Below, piece after piece: positions 26,574 through 36,437 of a DNA stretch of 64,000 bases. The notes beneath the pieces are model-generated. The model searched no databases. It saw only the letters and a program-made list of their open reading frames with translations, and was not told the DNA's origin. The stretch comes from a virus. The position numbers and the translations under genes are program-made. Numbering within the stretch: position 1 is the stretch's first letter; every line of letters starts with the position of its first letter. The stretch lies in IMG/VR virus record IMGVR_UViG_3300025785_001261, positions 1-64,000 of that record. The stretch is one strand, 5' to 3'.

Positions 26574-27305
26574 ATGGCATTTATCAAACACGTAGGCAAG
26601 CAAGGAGATCGCAAGGTCAACATCCTGTTTAGAGAAGTTCCAGGAGAAGAGCACATGTGTTTGTGTATCTACCCTGAGACTTTACACGCACACTGGCAGG
26701 ATGCTGTGCAAAAGGTCCTGGAAAGCGATGTAGGCCAAAGCGCAGAACAGTTTGCAGATGCATTGCATCGCAACTTCTTGCCCGACGGCCGCGCTATCCT
26801 ACAGACCTTGCACGAAGAGCGCATGATCAAAAAACTGCGCACCAGTGATGTGATCGTTACGCCCAATGGTGCTGCTTCAATCCGCCTGGATGAACTCAAC
26901 AAGATGTTGAATGAAATGAAGTTAGGCGATGCCGCTGTCAAGAAGTTGGCCGAAAATGATGCCAGCCGTGGTCTAGTAGATCCACAGGTCAAGCGCAAGG
27001 CCGAAGCAGAATTCAAAGCCAGCCAAGCAGCCAAATCACAACCTGTACAGACACTACAAGCACCTGCCGAAGGTGCCTTGAGTGATCGTGACATCGCGGC
27101 CAACATGGTATTCCAGGCCAAGAAGATGGAACAAGAAGCCAAGGCCATGATTGCCGAAGCTGCACGCATGAAGAAAGATGCACAACGCATGGACCCCAAA
27201 GTAGTGGCTCGCGAAGCCACGATTGAGCAACCAGCAGACACAGCCGCACCAAAACGCGGTCGTCCTGCACGAGCCAAGACTGCGGTGGCCAATGCAGATC
27301 ATTGA
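26574..27305 (+). CDS. hypothetical phage protein
   Basis: AAGGAG RBS; 243 aa; C-terminal coiled coil and AT-hook-like KRGRP. Confidence 0.8.
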   Translation: MAFIKHVGKQGDRKVNILFREVPGEEHMCLCIYPETLHAHWQDAVQKVLESDVGQSAEQFADALHRNFLPDGRAILQTLHEERMIKKLRTSDVIVTPNGAASIRLDELNKMLNEMKLGDAAVKKLAENDASRGLVDPQVKRKAEAEFKASQAAKSQPVQTLQAPAEGALSDRDIAANMVFQAKKMEQEAKAMIAEAARMKKDAQRMDPKVVAREATIEQPADTAAPKRGRPARAKTAVANADH

Positions 27306-27594
27306 TACTTTTTTGGATCAGTGGGAAAACATAATTGATGGTGTAAACAAAACAGACGTTCCCCTGGAATGTATCAAAAAGGTTGTAGTCAAACTGGCTG
27401 GCGGACGTCAAAAGACCATCAATGTGCATGCGCTGTTGAAGCAGGGACTGGAGCTGGAAGAAATAGAAACCATGCTCACTAGATTTTTTACCGAGCGTGA
27501 CAGCGAAATCAGAGATGTTGACTTCGTAGTAGATATTTCAGCAGTGGCTGACCTGGTCCAACCCGAAACTGACAAGTTATTAGGCAAACTCTAG
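27292..27594 (+). CDS. hypothetical protein
   Basis: Start reassigned to MQIIDTF. Confidence 0.7.
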   Translation: MQIIDTFLDQWENIIDGVNKTDVPLECIKKVVVKLAGGRQKTINVHALLKQGLELEEIETMLTRFFTERDSEIRDVDFVVDISAVADLVQPETDKLLGKL

Positions 27595-27629
27595 ATCGCA
27601 AGGTCCGGAGTTTTTTGCTATAATTAGCT

Positions 27630-27872
27630 ATGCCAAAGACTGTCTTGCACACATTTACCATGTCGGATGTTGACGATCCATACTTATACGCGGCTTTTCC
27701 CTTGTCAGAGTGGCAAAAGACCGAACACGGCCGGTGGGTAATGGAGCATGCCATTGGTGAACCAACCTTTTATTGTAATGCAGATGCCAACACTTACGGA
27801 TTCCGGGTGGAAGTGATAGGTGATTTGACCGAACAGGATTTGACCTATTTCAAACTAAGGTGGAGCCGATGA
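27630..27872 (+). CDS. solo FxLxW-motif protein
   Basis: C-terminus LTEQDLTYFKLRWS; TGCTATAAT extended -10 at 27616-24. Confidence 0.7.
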   Translation: MPKTVLHTFTMSDVDDPYLYAAFPLSEWQKTEHGRWVMEHAIGEPTFYCNADANTYGFRVEVIGDLTEQDLTYFKLRWSR

Positions 27873-28840
27873 AGGCATTGGTAACAGGTGGATTAGGTTT
27901 TATTGGACACTATGTAGTGGCCATGTTAGAAGCAGTAGGCTACGAAGTGGCCATCATTGATTCAATGACCACTTACGGTATCATACCCATTGGGGAACTT
28001 ACACCCTTGTTGTCGGAACGCATGGCACAGTTTAGTACTAGAGATATTACCATAGCTGACATCAGTGAACCGTTTGATCACAGCATACTTGACGGTGTAG
28101 ATGTAGTCATACACTTGGCCAGCTTTCCGCGGCAAAAAGTAGTGAATCACAATCCACAGGCCGGTTCCAGAGTCATGAGTGAAGGCCTGCTGAATCTCTT
28201 AGAGCTCAGTGTCAAGCATCAGGTTAAAAAGTTTGTGTATGTGAGCTCCAGTATGGTTTATGGCGATTTCAACAAGACCTATTTTGATGGTATAAACGAA
28301 AGTGACGACTGTAGACCCATGGGTCAGTACGGCATCATGAAGCTGGCCGGCGAGTGGTTAGTGCAGGATTATACACGCCGTACTGGCATGAGCCATGTGA
28401 TTGTAAGACCCAGTGCTGTGTATGGTCCTAGAGATGTGGAAGATCGTGTGGTTAGTCGTTTCCTGATAACAGCCATGCAGGGTGGTGAAATACAGGTCAA
28501 CGGTGGCAATGAGAGCCTGGACTTTACCTATGTAACTGACTGTGCCGCCGGCATAGTAGTGGCCGCAGTCAAAACAACCATTGAAAATCGCACTTACAAT
28601 CTCAGCAGAGGACATGCCAGAACCTTGAGCGAAGCGGCCCAGGTAGCTGTGACCACAGCCGGCGCTGGAACTATTCGCCTGAATGATCCTGATGGTGCTT
28701 ATCCCAGTCGCGGACAATTAAATACACTTAATGCTCAACAGGATCTTGGGTTTGCTCCCGAAGTCGACATTGAACAAGGTTTCAAGGACTATTATGAATG
28801 GCTTAAGAATTCCATTTACGGGATTAAAAAAGCAGTATAA
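27869..28840 (+). CDS. NAD-dependent nucleotide-sugar epimerase/dehydratase (extended SDR)
   Basis: VTGGLGFIG, HLAS, SSSMVYG, YGIMK (YxxxK), VYGP, DFTYV. Confidence 0.92.
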   Translation: MKALVTGGLGFIGHYVVAMLEAVGYEVAIIDSMTTYGIIPIGELTPLLSERMAQFSTRDITIADISEPFDHSILDGVDVVIHLASFPRQKVVNHNPQAGSRVMSEGLLNLLELSVKHQVKKFVYVSSSMVYGDFNKTYFDGINESDDCRPMGQYGIMKLAGEWLVQDYTRRTGMSHVIVRPSAVYGPRDVEDRVVSRFLITAMQGGEIQVNGGNESLDFTYVTDCAAGIVVAAVKTTIENRTYNLSRGHARTLSEAAQVAVTTAGAGTIRLNDPDGAYPSRGQLNTLNAQQDLGFAPEVDIEQGFKDYYEWLKNSIYGIKKAV

Positions 28841-29879
28841 CAATCTACGTAGCGAAATCTTGGATGTCACAGATGAAGTGCTACGTTCGGGTCAACTCAT
28901 GGGCGGTAACTACACCGCTGAGTTTGAAAACTGGTTGGCCCGTAAGAATCATTCAAAGTATGCTGTGACCTGTCACTCGGGTAGTCAGGCCTTGGAAATC
29001 ATTGCCGAATACTATCGCTTACAAAGCAGTGTACGTCCGCCTAGAGTAGTCTTACCCAGTATGACCTATGTGGCCACAGCCAATGCATTCATGCGTGCTG
29101 GTTGGGACCTATGGATTTGCGACACCGATGCCAATGGCATACTAAACAAAGACAAGGTACCACAGGATCTTAGCATACAGGCCACTGTGTTGGTTGGCCT
29201 ATACGGTGCTGCGGTCAATGCCGATCGCTTCTGGGGCACTGACCTTGTGATTGAAGATGGTGCACAGCACTGGCTCAGTAACAAGTGCAACAGAGTAGGC
29301 AATGCCACAGCTATCAGCTTTGATCCCATGAAGAATCTCAATGCCTACGGCAATGGCGGTGCTGTAGTAACCGATGACATAGATCTGTTGGAATATGCTA
29401 GAGAATGGATCAACAATGGCAAACCTCGTCATACCAATATAGGCACCAACAGTCGAATGAGTGAAGTAGACTGCGCACAGATGATGATCAAGACCCAACA
29501 CATTGATGCCTGGCAAGAACGGCGCAGAAACATCTGCCTGTACTGGTTAGGACGCTTGAAAAATACCGGCATCCGTAGCTTGATCACCGCACAGAATTTT
29601 GAAACACACGCTTACCACAAGTTTGTGATTGACGTGGATTCGCGTGATATCCTAGCAAGAAATTTAGAAATCAAAGGCATTGAAACTCGTGTACACTACC
29701 GCGAGCCCTTGCATGAGCTGACTGCTTATGCAGACTATCACGGACCTGATATTCTCAGTGTGGCAAGCAGTCTAAGCCGACGTGTACTGAGCCTTCCACT
29801 GTATCCTGAACTAAGTGACTTGGAAGTAGAATATATTATTGATTCGGTACTAGATTGCGCTTTATCAGTGCGTAGCTAG
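28794..29879 (+). CDS. DegT/DnrJ/EryC1/StrS PLP-dependent sugar aminotransferase
   Basis: SGSQAL, TYVATANA, IEDGAQ, SFDPMKNLNAYGNGG (PLP Lys), LSLPLYPEL. Confidence 0.92.
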   Translation: MNGLRIPFTGLKKQYNNLRSEILDVTDEVLRSGQLMGGNYTAEFENWLARKNHSKYAVTCHSGSQALEIIAEYYRLQSSVRPPRVVLPSMTYVATANAFMRAGWDLWICDTDANGILNKDKVPQDLSIQATVLVGLYGAAVNADRFWGTDLVIEDGAQHWLSNKCNRVGNATAISFDPMKNLNAYGNGGAVVTDDIDLLEYAREWINNGKPRHTNIGTNSRMSEVDCAQMMIKTQHIDAWQERRRNICLYWLGRLKNTGIRSLITAQNFETHAYHKFVIDVDSRDILARNLEIKGIETRVHYREPLHELTAYADYHGPDILSVASSLSRRVLSLPLYPELSDLEVEYIIDSVLDCALSVRS

Positions 29880-31437
29880 ACAACCAAGCCCAGTCATAAC
29901 TTTTTTTCAAGGCATCAAAATCACCGCCAACAGCATCGTAGTATTCCACAGCATCTTCTGCACCGCACACACTCCATTCACTGTTTTTTACCGCTCCAGA
30001 ATCAGTAAGCCACTCACGTAACCGCGATTCATTTTCTATATCGGGCAGACTAGCTTTTAATTTCAACACTTCACGGAATGCTGTACGCCAGGTCATCCAG
30101 GGTGTGTCATTGTAGTAGGCTGTTCCGCTCAGGATCGGCACCACTTCGTGTGCATCATCTAGAGTAAAGTCTAGTCCCACACCGGGGTTGGCCAAGACCA
30201 AACGACGATTGTAAGCAATCATGGCCTGATGACCATAGGTTAGACCGTTGATGGGATTGCGTGCATGGAAGATATAGTGCTTGGGTTCCTGCAATCTATC
30301 AGGTTGCCAGGTCCAGTCAAATGTACCTTCTACACGCAACTTGGCAAATACAGCAAAAAACCAAGGTGTGGTGCTGAGCCTGGCAGCTGCTTGATAGGCT
30401 GCCACACGTCCTGTGACTCCTGAGCTACGATGTATACGATTGTTGCTGTTTTGAGTAGTTACATTTAGAAATGCCCAGTTCTGATCAGCACCTGGTTCAC
30501 CGTTGTCAATAAACACAATGTCTAGTGGTGGTTCCTGTCCACGTGCATAGCTCTTGTCAATGTAAGGATAATCGTAAATCTGCCGACGTAGATGCGTTTT
30601 GGCTTCTCTAGGTACTACTGTAACTCCAGCACCACGTGTGAGTGGCACCACAGTTTTAGTACGTTCTTGCCACAAGCTCACTGTGGGTTCAAACACAGTA
30701 CTACCACCGGTGCTGAACATGACCAATGGTGTGACAAACTCGTGCTCCTGTATAGCGGCCACATGAGTATCGTGTGCATGTTCAACCACTGGCATGGGCT
30801 TACGTGGTACCATGATATTCTCTACGAAGTTAAGTCCATCATACCATTCCAGTAACTTGATGTCTTGGCTACGTTCTAAGAATGTGGGTACATGTACATA
30901 AAAGGTGTCACCAAACCTTTGTCGATCAGATGCAAACACATGTAGCATGCTCTGTTGCCATTCGCTGGGATGCCAAGTAAAGTTGAAATAGGTATAGTCG
31001 CATACACTACTAACTACCCAGGCATACTCTGACGAAGTCTTGCTCAACAGGCGACGTAGAGTTCCTAAATAGTCGCTTACATAGCGTACTGTGTGCTCAC
31101 AGGCCACATCAACACCTTCGCCGTGGTCTATGCCTAGTACTGCGACAGATTCCTTGCGTTTCAGTATTGGATGGTTGTAATTGGTATCGGTATAACCAGC
31201 TGTGGGAACCAGTTCGGTGCCACCATTCTGCTGGTGTTGGCTGGGCCATACATGTCGTTGATGACTCTCCCAGGGCACAGGTTCCCATAAAAAATCAAAG
31301 CCCCGATAGTCAGTTAAATAGTTGACCCACCAAAAGTATCTAGTACGACTCAATTCCTTAGCCTGATCCAGATCACGAGCCCATCGCTCGTGAGCAAACA
31401 AGTTGGGTTTGGGTCCGGAATAAAATATATCAAACAT
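29836..31437 (-). CDS. glycosyltransferase-like protein with internally repeated GT-A-like modules
   Basis: DIVFIDNGE, GV.GR.AAYQAAA, ARNPINGL.YG, WRTAFRE..KL shared with 46230-47165. Confidence 0.55.
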   Translation of the reverse strand: MFDIFYSGPKPNLFAHERWARDLDQAKELSRTRYFWWVNYLTDYRGFDFLWEPVPWESHQRHVWPSQHQQNGGTELVPTAGYTDTNYNHPILKRKESVAVLGIDHGEGVDVACEHTVRYVSDYLGTLRRLLSKTSSEYAWVVSSVCDYTYFNFTWHPSEWQQSMLHVFASDRQRFGDTFYVHVPTFLERSQDIKLLEWYDGLNFVENIMVPRKPMPVVEHAHDTHVAAIQEHEFVTPLVMFSTGGSTVFEPTVSLWQERTKTVVPLTRGAGVTVVPREAKTHLRRQIYDYPYIDKSYARGQEPPLDIVFIDNGEPGADQNWAFLNVTTQNSNNRIHRSSGVTGRVAAYQAAARLSTTPWFFAVFAKLRVEGTFDWTWQPDRLQEPKHYIFHARNPINGLTYGHQAMIAYNRRLVLANPGVGLDFTLDDAHEVVPILSGTAYYNDTPWMTWRTAFREVLKLKASLPDIENESRLREWLTDSGAVKNSEWSVCGAEDAVEYYDAVGGDFDALKKSYDWAWLSSYALIKRNLVPNQ

Positions 31438-32512
31438 GATCAGAATCGACGAAATTTATTATAACACATTCTTGCCTCAAATACAAGCAAATCCTCGTGG
31501 AGCCATGCACTGGTTTGATCCATTTGGCTCAGTGAGTTTTGAAGATTTGTGTGCGGAACCGGCAGTGGATCATGGGCATGATACTGTCAGGTATCTGTTT
31601 TGGGATCAGGAACCGCTACATAAAAATACCACAGATCCAACACTATCTCAGTTTGTTATCAACTTCCCCAAGGGACAACGTCACCTAATAACCAGCGAAC
31701 AGAACAGTGAATTTGTTGAGCAGGCCTGTGATACTTATGGATTTACTGCCCACTACTACTTCTTTCATGGCTGGGCAGCTTTAGACTGGTTCAGAGGATA
31801 TGATCGTAGCTTTCTGATTCCTCGTGCCAAACGCCGTTCCCCTGGCAAGACTTTTATGAGTCCAAATCGTATTGTATCTGGCATGCGAGATCATCGTGTG
31901 CTGTTTCTTTACAATGTATTTAAACAGCAACTACAACACAATTATATCAGCGCACCCAGGATTTGCCCATACTCAGGCGAAAACATTCTCGAAATCGCCG
32001 CAGGTCATGCCAACACATACCCGGACATAAAGGATGTGTTTTCTCAGGTTGAGTTGCCAAGATATTTTGCGGGAGAAGCTCAGCAGGAGATGAGTTCATA
32101 TCAACTCGGCAACTGGCAGGAGGCCAGTGATAGTCTAGTGTATGTAGCTACAGAAACAGTATACTATGGCCGTAGGCAACATCTGACAGAAAAAACATTC
32201 AAGGCCATGGCATTAGAAATGCCATTTATTCTGGTGGCTGCAGCCGGTAGTCTGGAATATTTAAAGAGTTATGGATTCCAAACCTTTGGTGGAATCTGGG
32301 ATGAAAGCTACGACAACGAAACAGATCCTGTACGCCGTGTAGAAAAGGTCACACAACTACTAAAAGAGTTGGATTCATTGAATCAACACGACCGCCAACA
32401 CATACACGATCTTTGTGTACCCATAGTCGAACACAATTACGTACATTTTTATTCTGGCTCTTTTGAACGTGTATTATGGAAAGAACTCACAGGAATGTTG
32501 CATGACTTTTAA
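31436..32512 (+). CDS. GT10-like putative glycosyltransferase, paralogue 4
   Basis: VATET...LTEKTFKAM...PF...GSLEYLKSYGFQTF...DESYD. Confidence 0.6.
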   Translation: MIRIDEIYYNTFLPQIQANPRGAMHWFDPFGSVSFEDLCAEPAVDHGHDTVRYLFWDQEPLHKNTTDPTLSQFVINFPKGQRHLITSEQNSEFVEQACDTYGFTAHYYFFHGWAALDWFRGYDRSFLIPRAKRRSPGKTFMSPNRIVSGMRDHRVLFLYNVFKQQLQHNYISAPRICPYSGENILEIAAGHANTYPDIKDVFSQVELPRYFAGEAQQEMSSYQLGNWQEASDSLVYVATETVYYGRRQHLTEKTFKAMALEMPFILVAAAGSLEYLKSYGFQTFGGIWDESYDNETDPVRRVEKVTQLLKELDSLNQHDRQHIHDLCVPIVEHNYVHFYSGSFERVLWKELTGMLHDF

Positions 32513-33578
32513 ATTCGCTATTCATCCAGGATCGATGCCAAGACGTATGTTGATGAATGCCATGGATGCTCACTCTATACCTTACGAAATACAGTCCATA
32601 CAGAATAGCATGCCCGGTACTCCATATTTTGTTACCTTTGATACGTTTGACCACAAATATGATTACATCGCTGCCATACCAGATGCGGTATTCGACCGCG
32701 ATCTTAGAATTATATTCTACTATCACGAGGGTGATCATCCAGGTTTCATCCGACAGCGTCTAGACGATCGTTGTAGGCAACATTCACGAAATATAGATTG
32801 TTACAGACTGGTCAGTGCCAATACCTTGGCCGATCAATTGGATCGTTGTTGCTATTTTAATGATCACGAAATGCGGTACTGGTTAGGCAATAGATCCACC
32901 CAACCATTGGAAATCCATAATCGTCCCAGACCATTTGAGTTTACAGCACTGAGTCGTACACACAAATGGTGGAGAGCCACAGTCATGACTGATTTAAAAT
33001 TGCGCGGGCTGTTAGATCATAGTCAATGGAGCTACAATACACTGTTGGATCTAGGTCAGGACAAGGAAGTTGATAATCCCATTGAGCTAGGCAAAATTTT
33101 TAACTATCACCTGGATCAATTCATATCGGCCGGGCCTTACACTTGCGATGACATGGACAGCGATAGTCATAACAACCATTCGATTCTGGTTCCAAAACAT
33201 TTTACTGAGTCCTATTGTAGCATAGTGTTGGAGACTTTTATTGATATTGAAAATTCAAATGGCACTTTCCTGACCGAAAAAACTTTCAAGTGTATCAAGC
33301 ACGGACATCCATTTGTATTGATAGCACCGCCGGGCAGCTTACAACTTCTGCGCGACATGGGGTATCGTACCTTTGATCATGCTATAGATAATTCTTACGA
33401 CTTGATAAAGGATCCTACCGAGCGCTGGCTCAGTATTGCCAAAACTATTGAAAAATTACAGGCCCAAGATATGCAGGTCTGGTTTGAATCGTGCAGAGAA
33501 GATCTAGAACATAACCAACAGTTATTCTGTGACAGCAAGGCTGACAGATTAAATACCCTTATTGAAAGACTACAATGA
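32502..33578 (+). CDS. GT10-like putative glycosyltransferase, paralogue 5
   Basis: IVLET...LTEKTFK.I..G.PF...GSL..LR..GYRTFD..IDNSYD. Confidence 0.6.
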   Translation: MTFKFAIHPGSMPRRMLMNAMDAHSIPYEIQSIQNSMPGTPYFVTFDTFDHKYDYIAAIPDAVFDRDLRIIFYYHEGDHPGFIRQRLDDRCRQHSRNIDCYRLVSANTLADQLDRCCYFNDHEMRYWLGNRSTQPLEIHNRPRPFEFTALSRTHKWWRATVMTDLKLRGLLDHSQWSYNTLLDLGQDKEVDNPIELGKIFNYHLDQFISAGPYTCDDMDSDSHNNHSILVPKHFTESYCSIVLETFIDIENSNGTFLTEKTFKCIKHGHPFVLIAPPGSLQLLRDMGYRTFDHAIDNSYDLIKDPTERWLSIAKTIEKLQAQDMQVWFESCREDLEHNQQLFCDSKADRLNTLIERLQ

Positions 33579-34594
33579 TCAACAGCTATACATCCTGGCA
33601 ACCACTTGAAGAAGTCATAGTGGGGCGTGCCTACACACCGGACTACTTTGACTTTATTGACAATGCGCAGGTACGCAATCAACTGCAACAGATCCTAAAT
33701 GAAACTGCCGAAGATCTAGATAATCTACAGCGTACTATTGAAATCTATGGTGCTCGGGTGCGTAGACCTAATCTGATGGATCGACATCAATTTCAACAGA
33801 GTCAGTTAGCAGGACAAGGTGCTCCATTACCTCCTCTTACTCCTCGAGATTGGCAAATCAGTTTAGGACAAAAACTCCTACGGGTACTTCCCATGAAAGA
33901 ACTGGACGATATTTGCAAGGACTATGCCGATCAAGTGGTCAATCCACACGGTGCTGATTGGGATCCTGGCTGCATATTAAATGGTGCAAGTGCATCGTGC
34001 ATCGTGCGTGTAGGACGCGATGTGTTTTTTGACAACAGTGATTTTTTGCGTCCTGATCAAACACGCTGGATCGTAGACAACTGCTTGGGTCCAGAGTACA
34101 GAATACATGAAGCTGTGACCGACGGTCATGGGGATGCTGTGTTTGCCATACTCAAACCCGGAGTAATTCTTTCAAGCAAACACGACATGCATCTGCATCT
34201 AGCAGAAGACTTTCCTGGTTGGGAAGTGTTGAAGATCTGGGATAGCAGTATCTGGGCTGCTATGGAAGTGGGCAAGTTCAAGTATGAAGAAAGTCCCGGT
34301 GCCTGGTATGTGCAGGGGCAAACACCTACTCCTGAGTTTACCACCTTTGTGGATACCTATCTGAACAAATGGACCGGCTTTGTGGCCGAAACAGTATTTG
34401 ATGTCAACTGCCTGGTGTTGGACGAAGAAAATGTGATTTTTAGCGCCTACAATAAAAATGTATTTGATTTTTGCAAACGACATAGAATCAATCCCATCAT
34501 CAGCGAACTGCGTCATAGCTATTTCTGGGACGGTGGCATTTCGTGTTGTACACAGGATCTGCGCCGCAGCGGCGGATTAGAAACTTATCTTTGA
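33575..34594 (+). CDS. amidinotransferase (glycine / inosamine-phosphate amidinotransferase family)
   Basis: NSYTSWQPLEEVIVG, TPRD, GHGD, FDVN.L, DGGISCCTQDL (catalytic Cys). Confidence 0.85.
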   Translation: MINSYTSWQPLEEVIVGRAYTPDYFDFIDNAQVRNQLQQILNETAEDLDNLQRTIEIYGARVRRPNLMDRHQFQQSQLAGQGAPLPPLTPRDWQISLGQKLLRVLPMKELDDICKDYADQVVNPHGADWDPGCILNGASASCIVRVGRDVFFDNSDFLRPDQTRWIVDNCLGPEYRIHEAVTDGHGDAVFAILKPGVILSSKHDMHLHLAEDFPGWEVLKIWDSSIWAAMEVGKFKYEESPGAWYVQGQTPTPEFTTFVDTYLNKWTGFVAETVFDVNCLVLDEENVIFSAYNKNVFDFCKRHRINPIISELRHSYFWDGGISCCTQDLRRSGGLETYL

Positions 34595-34604
34595 TCTCAA
34601 AACA

Positions 34605-34886
34605 GTGCGGGCCATAGTAAGATTTTTCAAAGAAAGTCATCAGCGTAGTCCGCATGTGTTCTGGCTGGATCTAGCCAGTACCATACTGACCATGATAGCC
34701 AGTCTCAGCTTGGCTATCACAGCCCGAGCACCACACATGGAATATATCTATCCCGGCTACTTCCTGGGCAGTTTGATCAGCATCTATACCGGTTATCGTC
34801 GACACAGCCCCTGGACTGTAGTCTTGTGCAGTTATTTCTGCGTGATGAACATTGCTGGATTTAGTAGGGCCGCTGGTTGGATCTAG
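34605..34886 (+). CDS. small membrane protein
   Basis: Three hydrophobic segments, GTG start. Confidence 0.65.
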   Translation: MRAIVRFFKESHQRSPHVFWLDLASTILTMIASLSLAITARAPHMEYIYPGYFLGSLISIYTGYRRHSPWTVVLCSYFCVMNIAGFSRAAGWI

Positions 34887-34887
34887 C

Positions 34888-36339
34888 TCAACTGCATACA
34901 GTTATACCGTAAAGATCCTGGAATCTATCAGCGTCGCTGCGATCGTTAACCATAGGCTCACCTCGAATATTAAGGCTAGTATTAAGCAGGATAGCACAAC
35001 CGGTTTTCGCATGCCAGGCCTCTAAGAGTTGTCTAATTCCGCTATCATCCGGCGGTACAGTTTGTATCCTACTGGTACCATCAACATGGGTAATAGCAGG
35101 AAATAGATCAGGACGCCTGCAACGACCGACGACCTGCATATACCTAGTGTCACAGAAACCACTAGGGATATCAAAATACTCATTAGCATACTCCTCCAAA
35201 ACAACGGGAGCGAACGGTCTAAATTGTTGTCTACGTTTGATGGCATTTACACGATCCTTTATATCTGATCCTCGGGGGTCTGCGAGCAGACTTCTATTTC
35301 CCAGGGCTCTGGGTCCAAACTCGGCCCGACCGCTAGCGACACCGACGATTCTATCACTGAGTAAACGATCAAGGCAGGCGCTGACAGGATACGTTCCTGG
35401 GATGTTTGTGCCAAGGTACGCATTTTGCCAGTTGATCCTGCCTCCGTAGGCCAATGCGGCAGCGCCAAGACTGCTGCCACCGTCACCAGGGCAAGGCATG
35501 ATCCAGATATTTTCAAAATATTCATTTAAGTTTCGATTGGCCAAACAGTTGAGTGCAACACCGCCCTGATATACAAGATTACGACTCCAGCCAAAGGCTC
35601 GGGCACGTTGCATAACCTTATATATCTCTTCTTCAAGAATAACCTGCGCACTAGCAGCTATATCCACATCTCTAGCTGTGGGCAGGAACATGTGATCGAT
35701 TCCTACATGTAGATTTTCCTGCAACAGGATCTGCATGGTATCTGTGTGCCTAGCTTCGCCATAGGCACTCATGCCCATCAGTATGTATTCATCTTCCATG
35801 GGTCTCAATCCCACACGTTCTGTGATGGCGGTATAGAATAATCCTAGGCTATAAGGATATCGCTGGCGCCATAGGATATCATACTGAGCTTGGCCATCTA
35901 CATAGTGTGCGCCCCAAATGGTTATGGTATCCCATTCGCCAATGGCATCAATCACGACCACCGTGGCTCGATCAAAACTACTGGTTTGGAAACCAGCAGC
36001 CGCGTGGCTCAAATGATGACTGTGTGTTGACACAGGAACATTATCAAAAAAGCCATCCAGCTGTTGATCTAGCACTTGATGGGTAGTTAGCTTGTTCCAC
36101 TCAATGCCTTGTCCTGAGTACAGTTGACGCAACTGTTTTTTCCAAGGTGTTTCATAATAAGCAATGTGATCAATATGGCGCCCTTGTGCTAGATCAAACA
36201 ACATGTCTACATTAAGATTGGCATCATTTTTGATTTTACTATAGCGTTCGGCATGACCAGCATACACTATGTTGCCGCCAGCATCAATTACTGTAGCAGC
36301 AGCGTCATGAAAACCGGCACTGATCCCTAGGATATTCAT
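34888..36339 (-). CDS. carbamoyltransferase (NodU/CmcH/TobZ family)
   Basis: GISAGFHDAAA, ERYS..K, HHLSHAA, DAIGE, GGVALNC, EFGPRALGNRS, FRPFAP, LNTSLN.RGEP. Confidence 0.95.
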   Translation of the reverse strand: MNILGISAGFHDAAATVIDAGGNIVYAGHAERYSKIKNDANLNVDMLFDLAQGRHIDHIAYYETPWKKQLRQLYSGQGIEWNKLTTHQVLDQQLDGFFDNVPVSTHSHHLSHAAAGFQTSSFDRATVVVIDAIGEWDTITIWGAHYVDGQAQYDILWRQRYPYSLGLFYTAITERVGLRPMEDEYILMGMSAYGEARHTDTMQILLQENLHVGIDHMFLPTARDVDIAASAQVILEEEIYKVMQRARAFGWSRNLVYQGGVALNCLANRNLNEYFENIWIMPCPGDGGSSLGAAALAYGGRINWQNAYLGTNIPGTYPVSACLDRLLSDRIVGVASGRAEFGPRALGNRSLLADPRGSDIKDRVNAIKRRQQFRPFAPVVLEEYANEYFDIPSGFCDTRYMQVVGRCRRPDLFPAITHVDGTSRIQTVPPDDSGIRQLLEAWHAKTGCAILLNTSLNIRGEPMVNDRSDADRFQDLYGITVCS

Positions 36340-36437
36340 TTGTAGATAAAGGGATCTCTTTTACGTAGTTCTTTTAACTTGCGACGATAACGTATTTCTA
36401 GCATCACACGGTTATAGATATTTTTAAACCATTGCAC
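36336..36437 (-). CDS. 33-aa basic peptide coupled to the carbamoyltransferase
   Basis: GAGGAG RBS, GTG start, MQWFKNIYNRVMLEIRYRRKLKELRKRDPFIYK*, ATGA overlap; below the ORF-track cutoff. Confidence 0.7.
   Translation of the reverse strand: MQWFKNIYNRVMLEIRYRRKLKELRKRDPFIYK

Noticed and set aside
26669-27292. 207-aa minus-strand ORF, and long plus-strand ORFs at 57467-58081 and 63107-63739
   Set aside because: Fully antisense to well-supported genes, with no recognisable motifs.
33575-36437. A true saxitoxin or aminoglycoside antibiotic cluster
   Set aside because: The families overlap (amidinotransferase, carbamoyltransferase), but the scaffold-forming enzymes (SxtA-type PKS, DOI synthase) are absent from the window.
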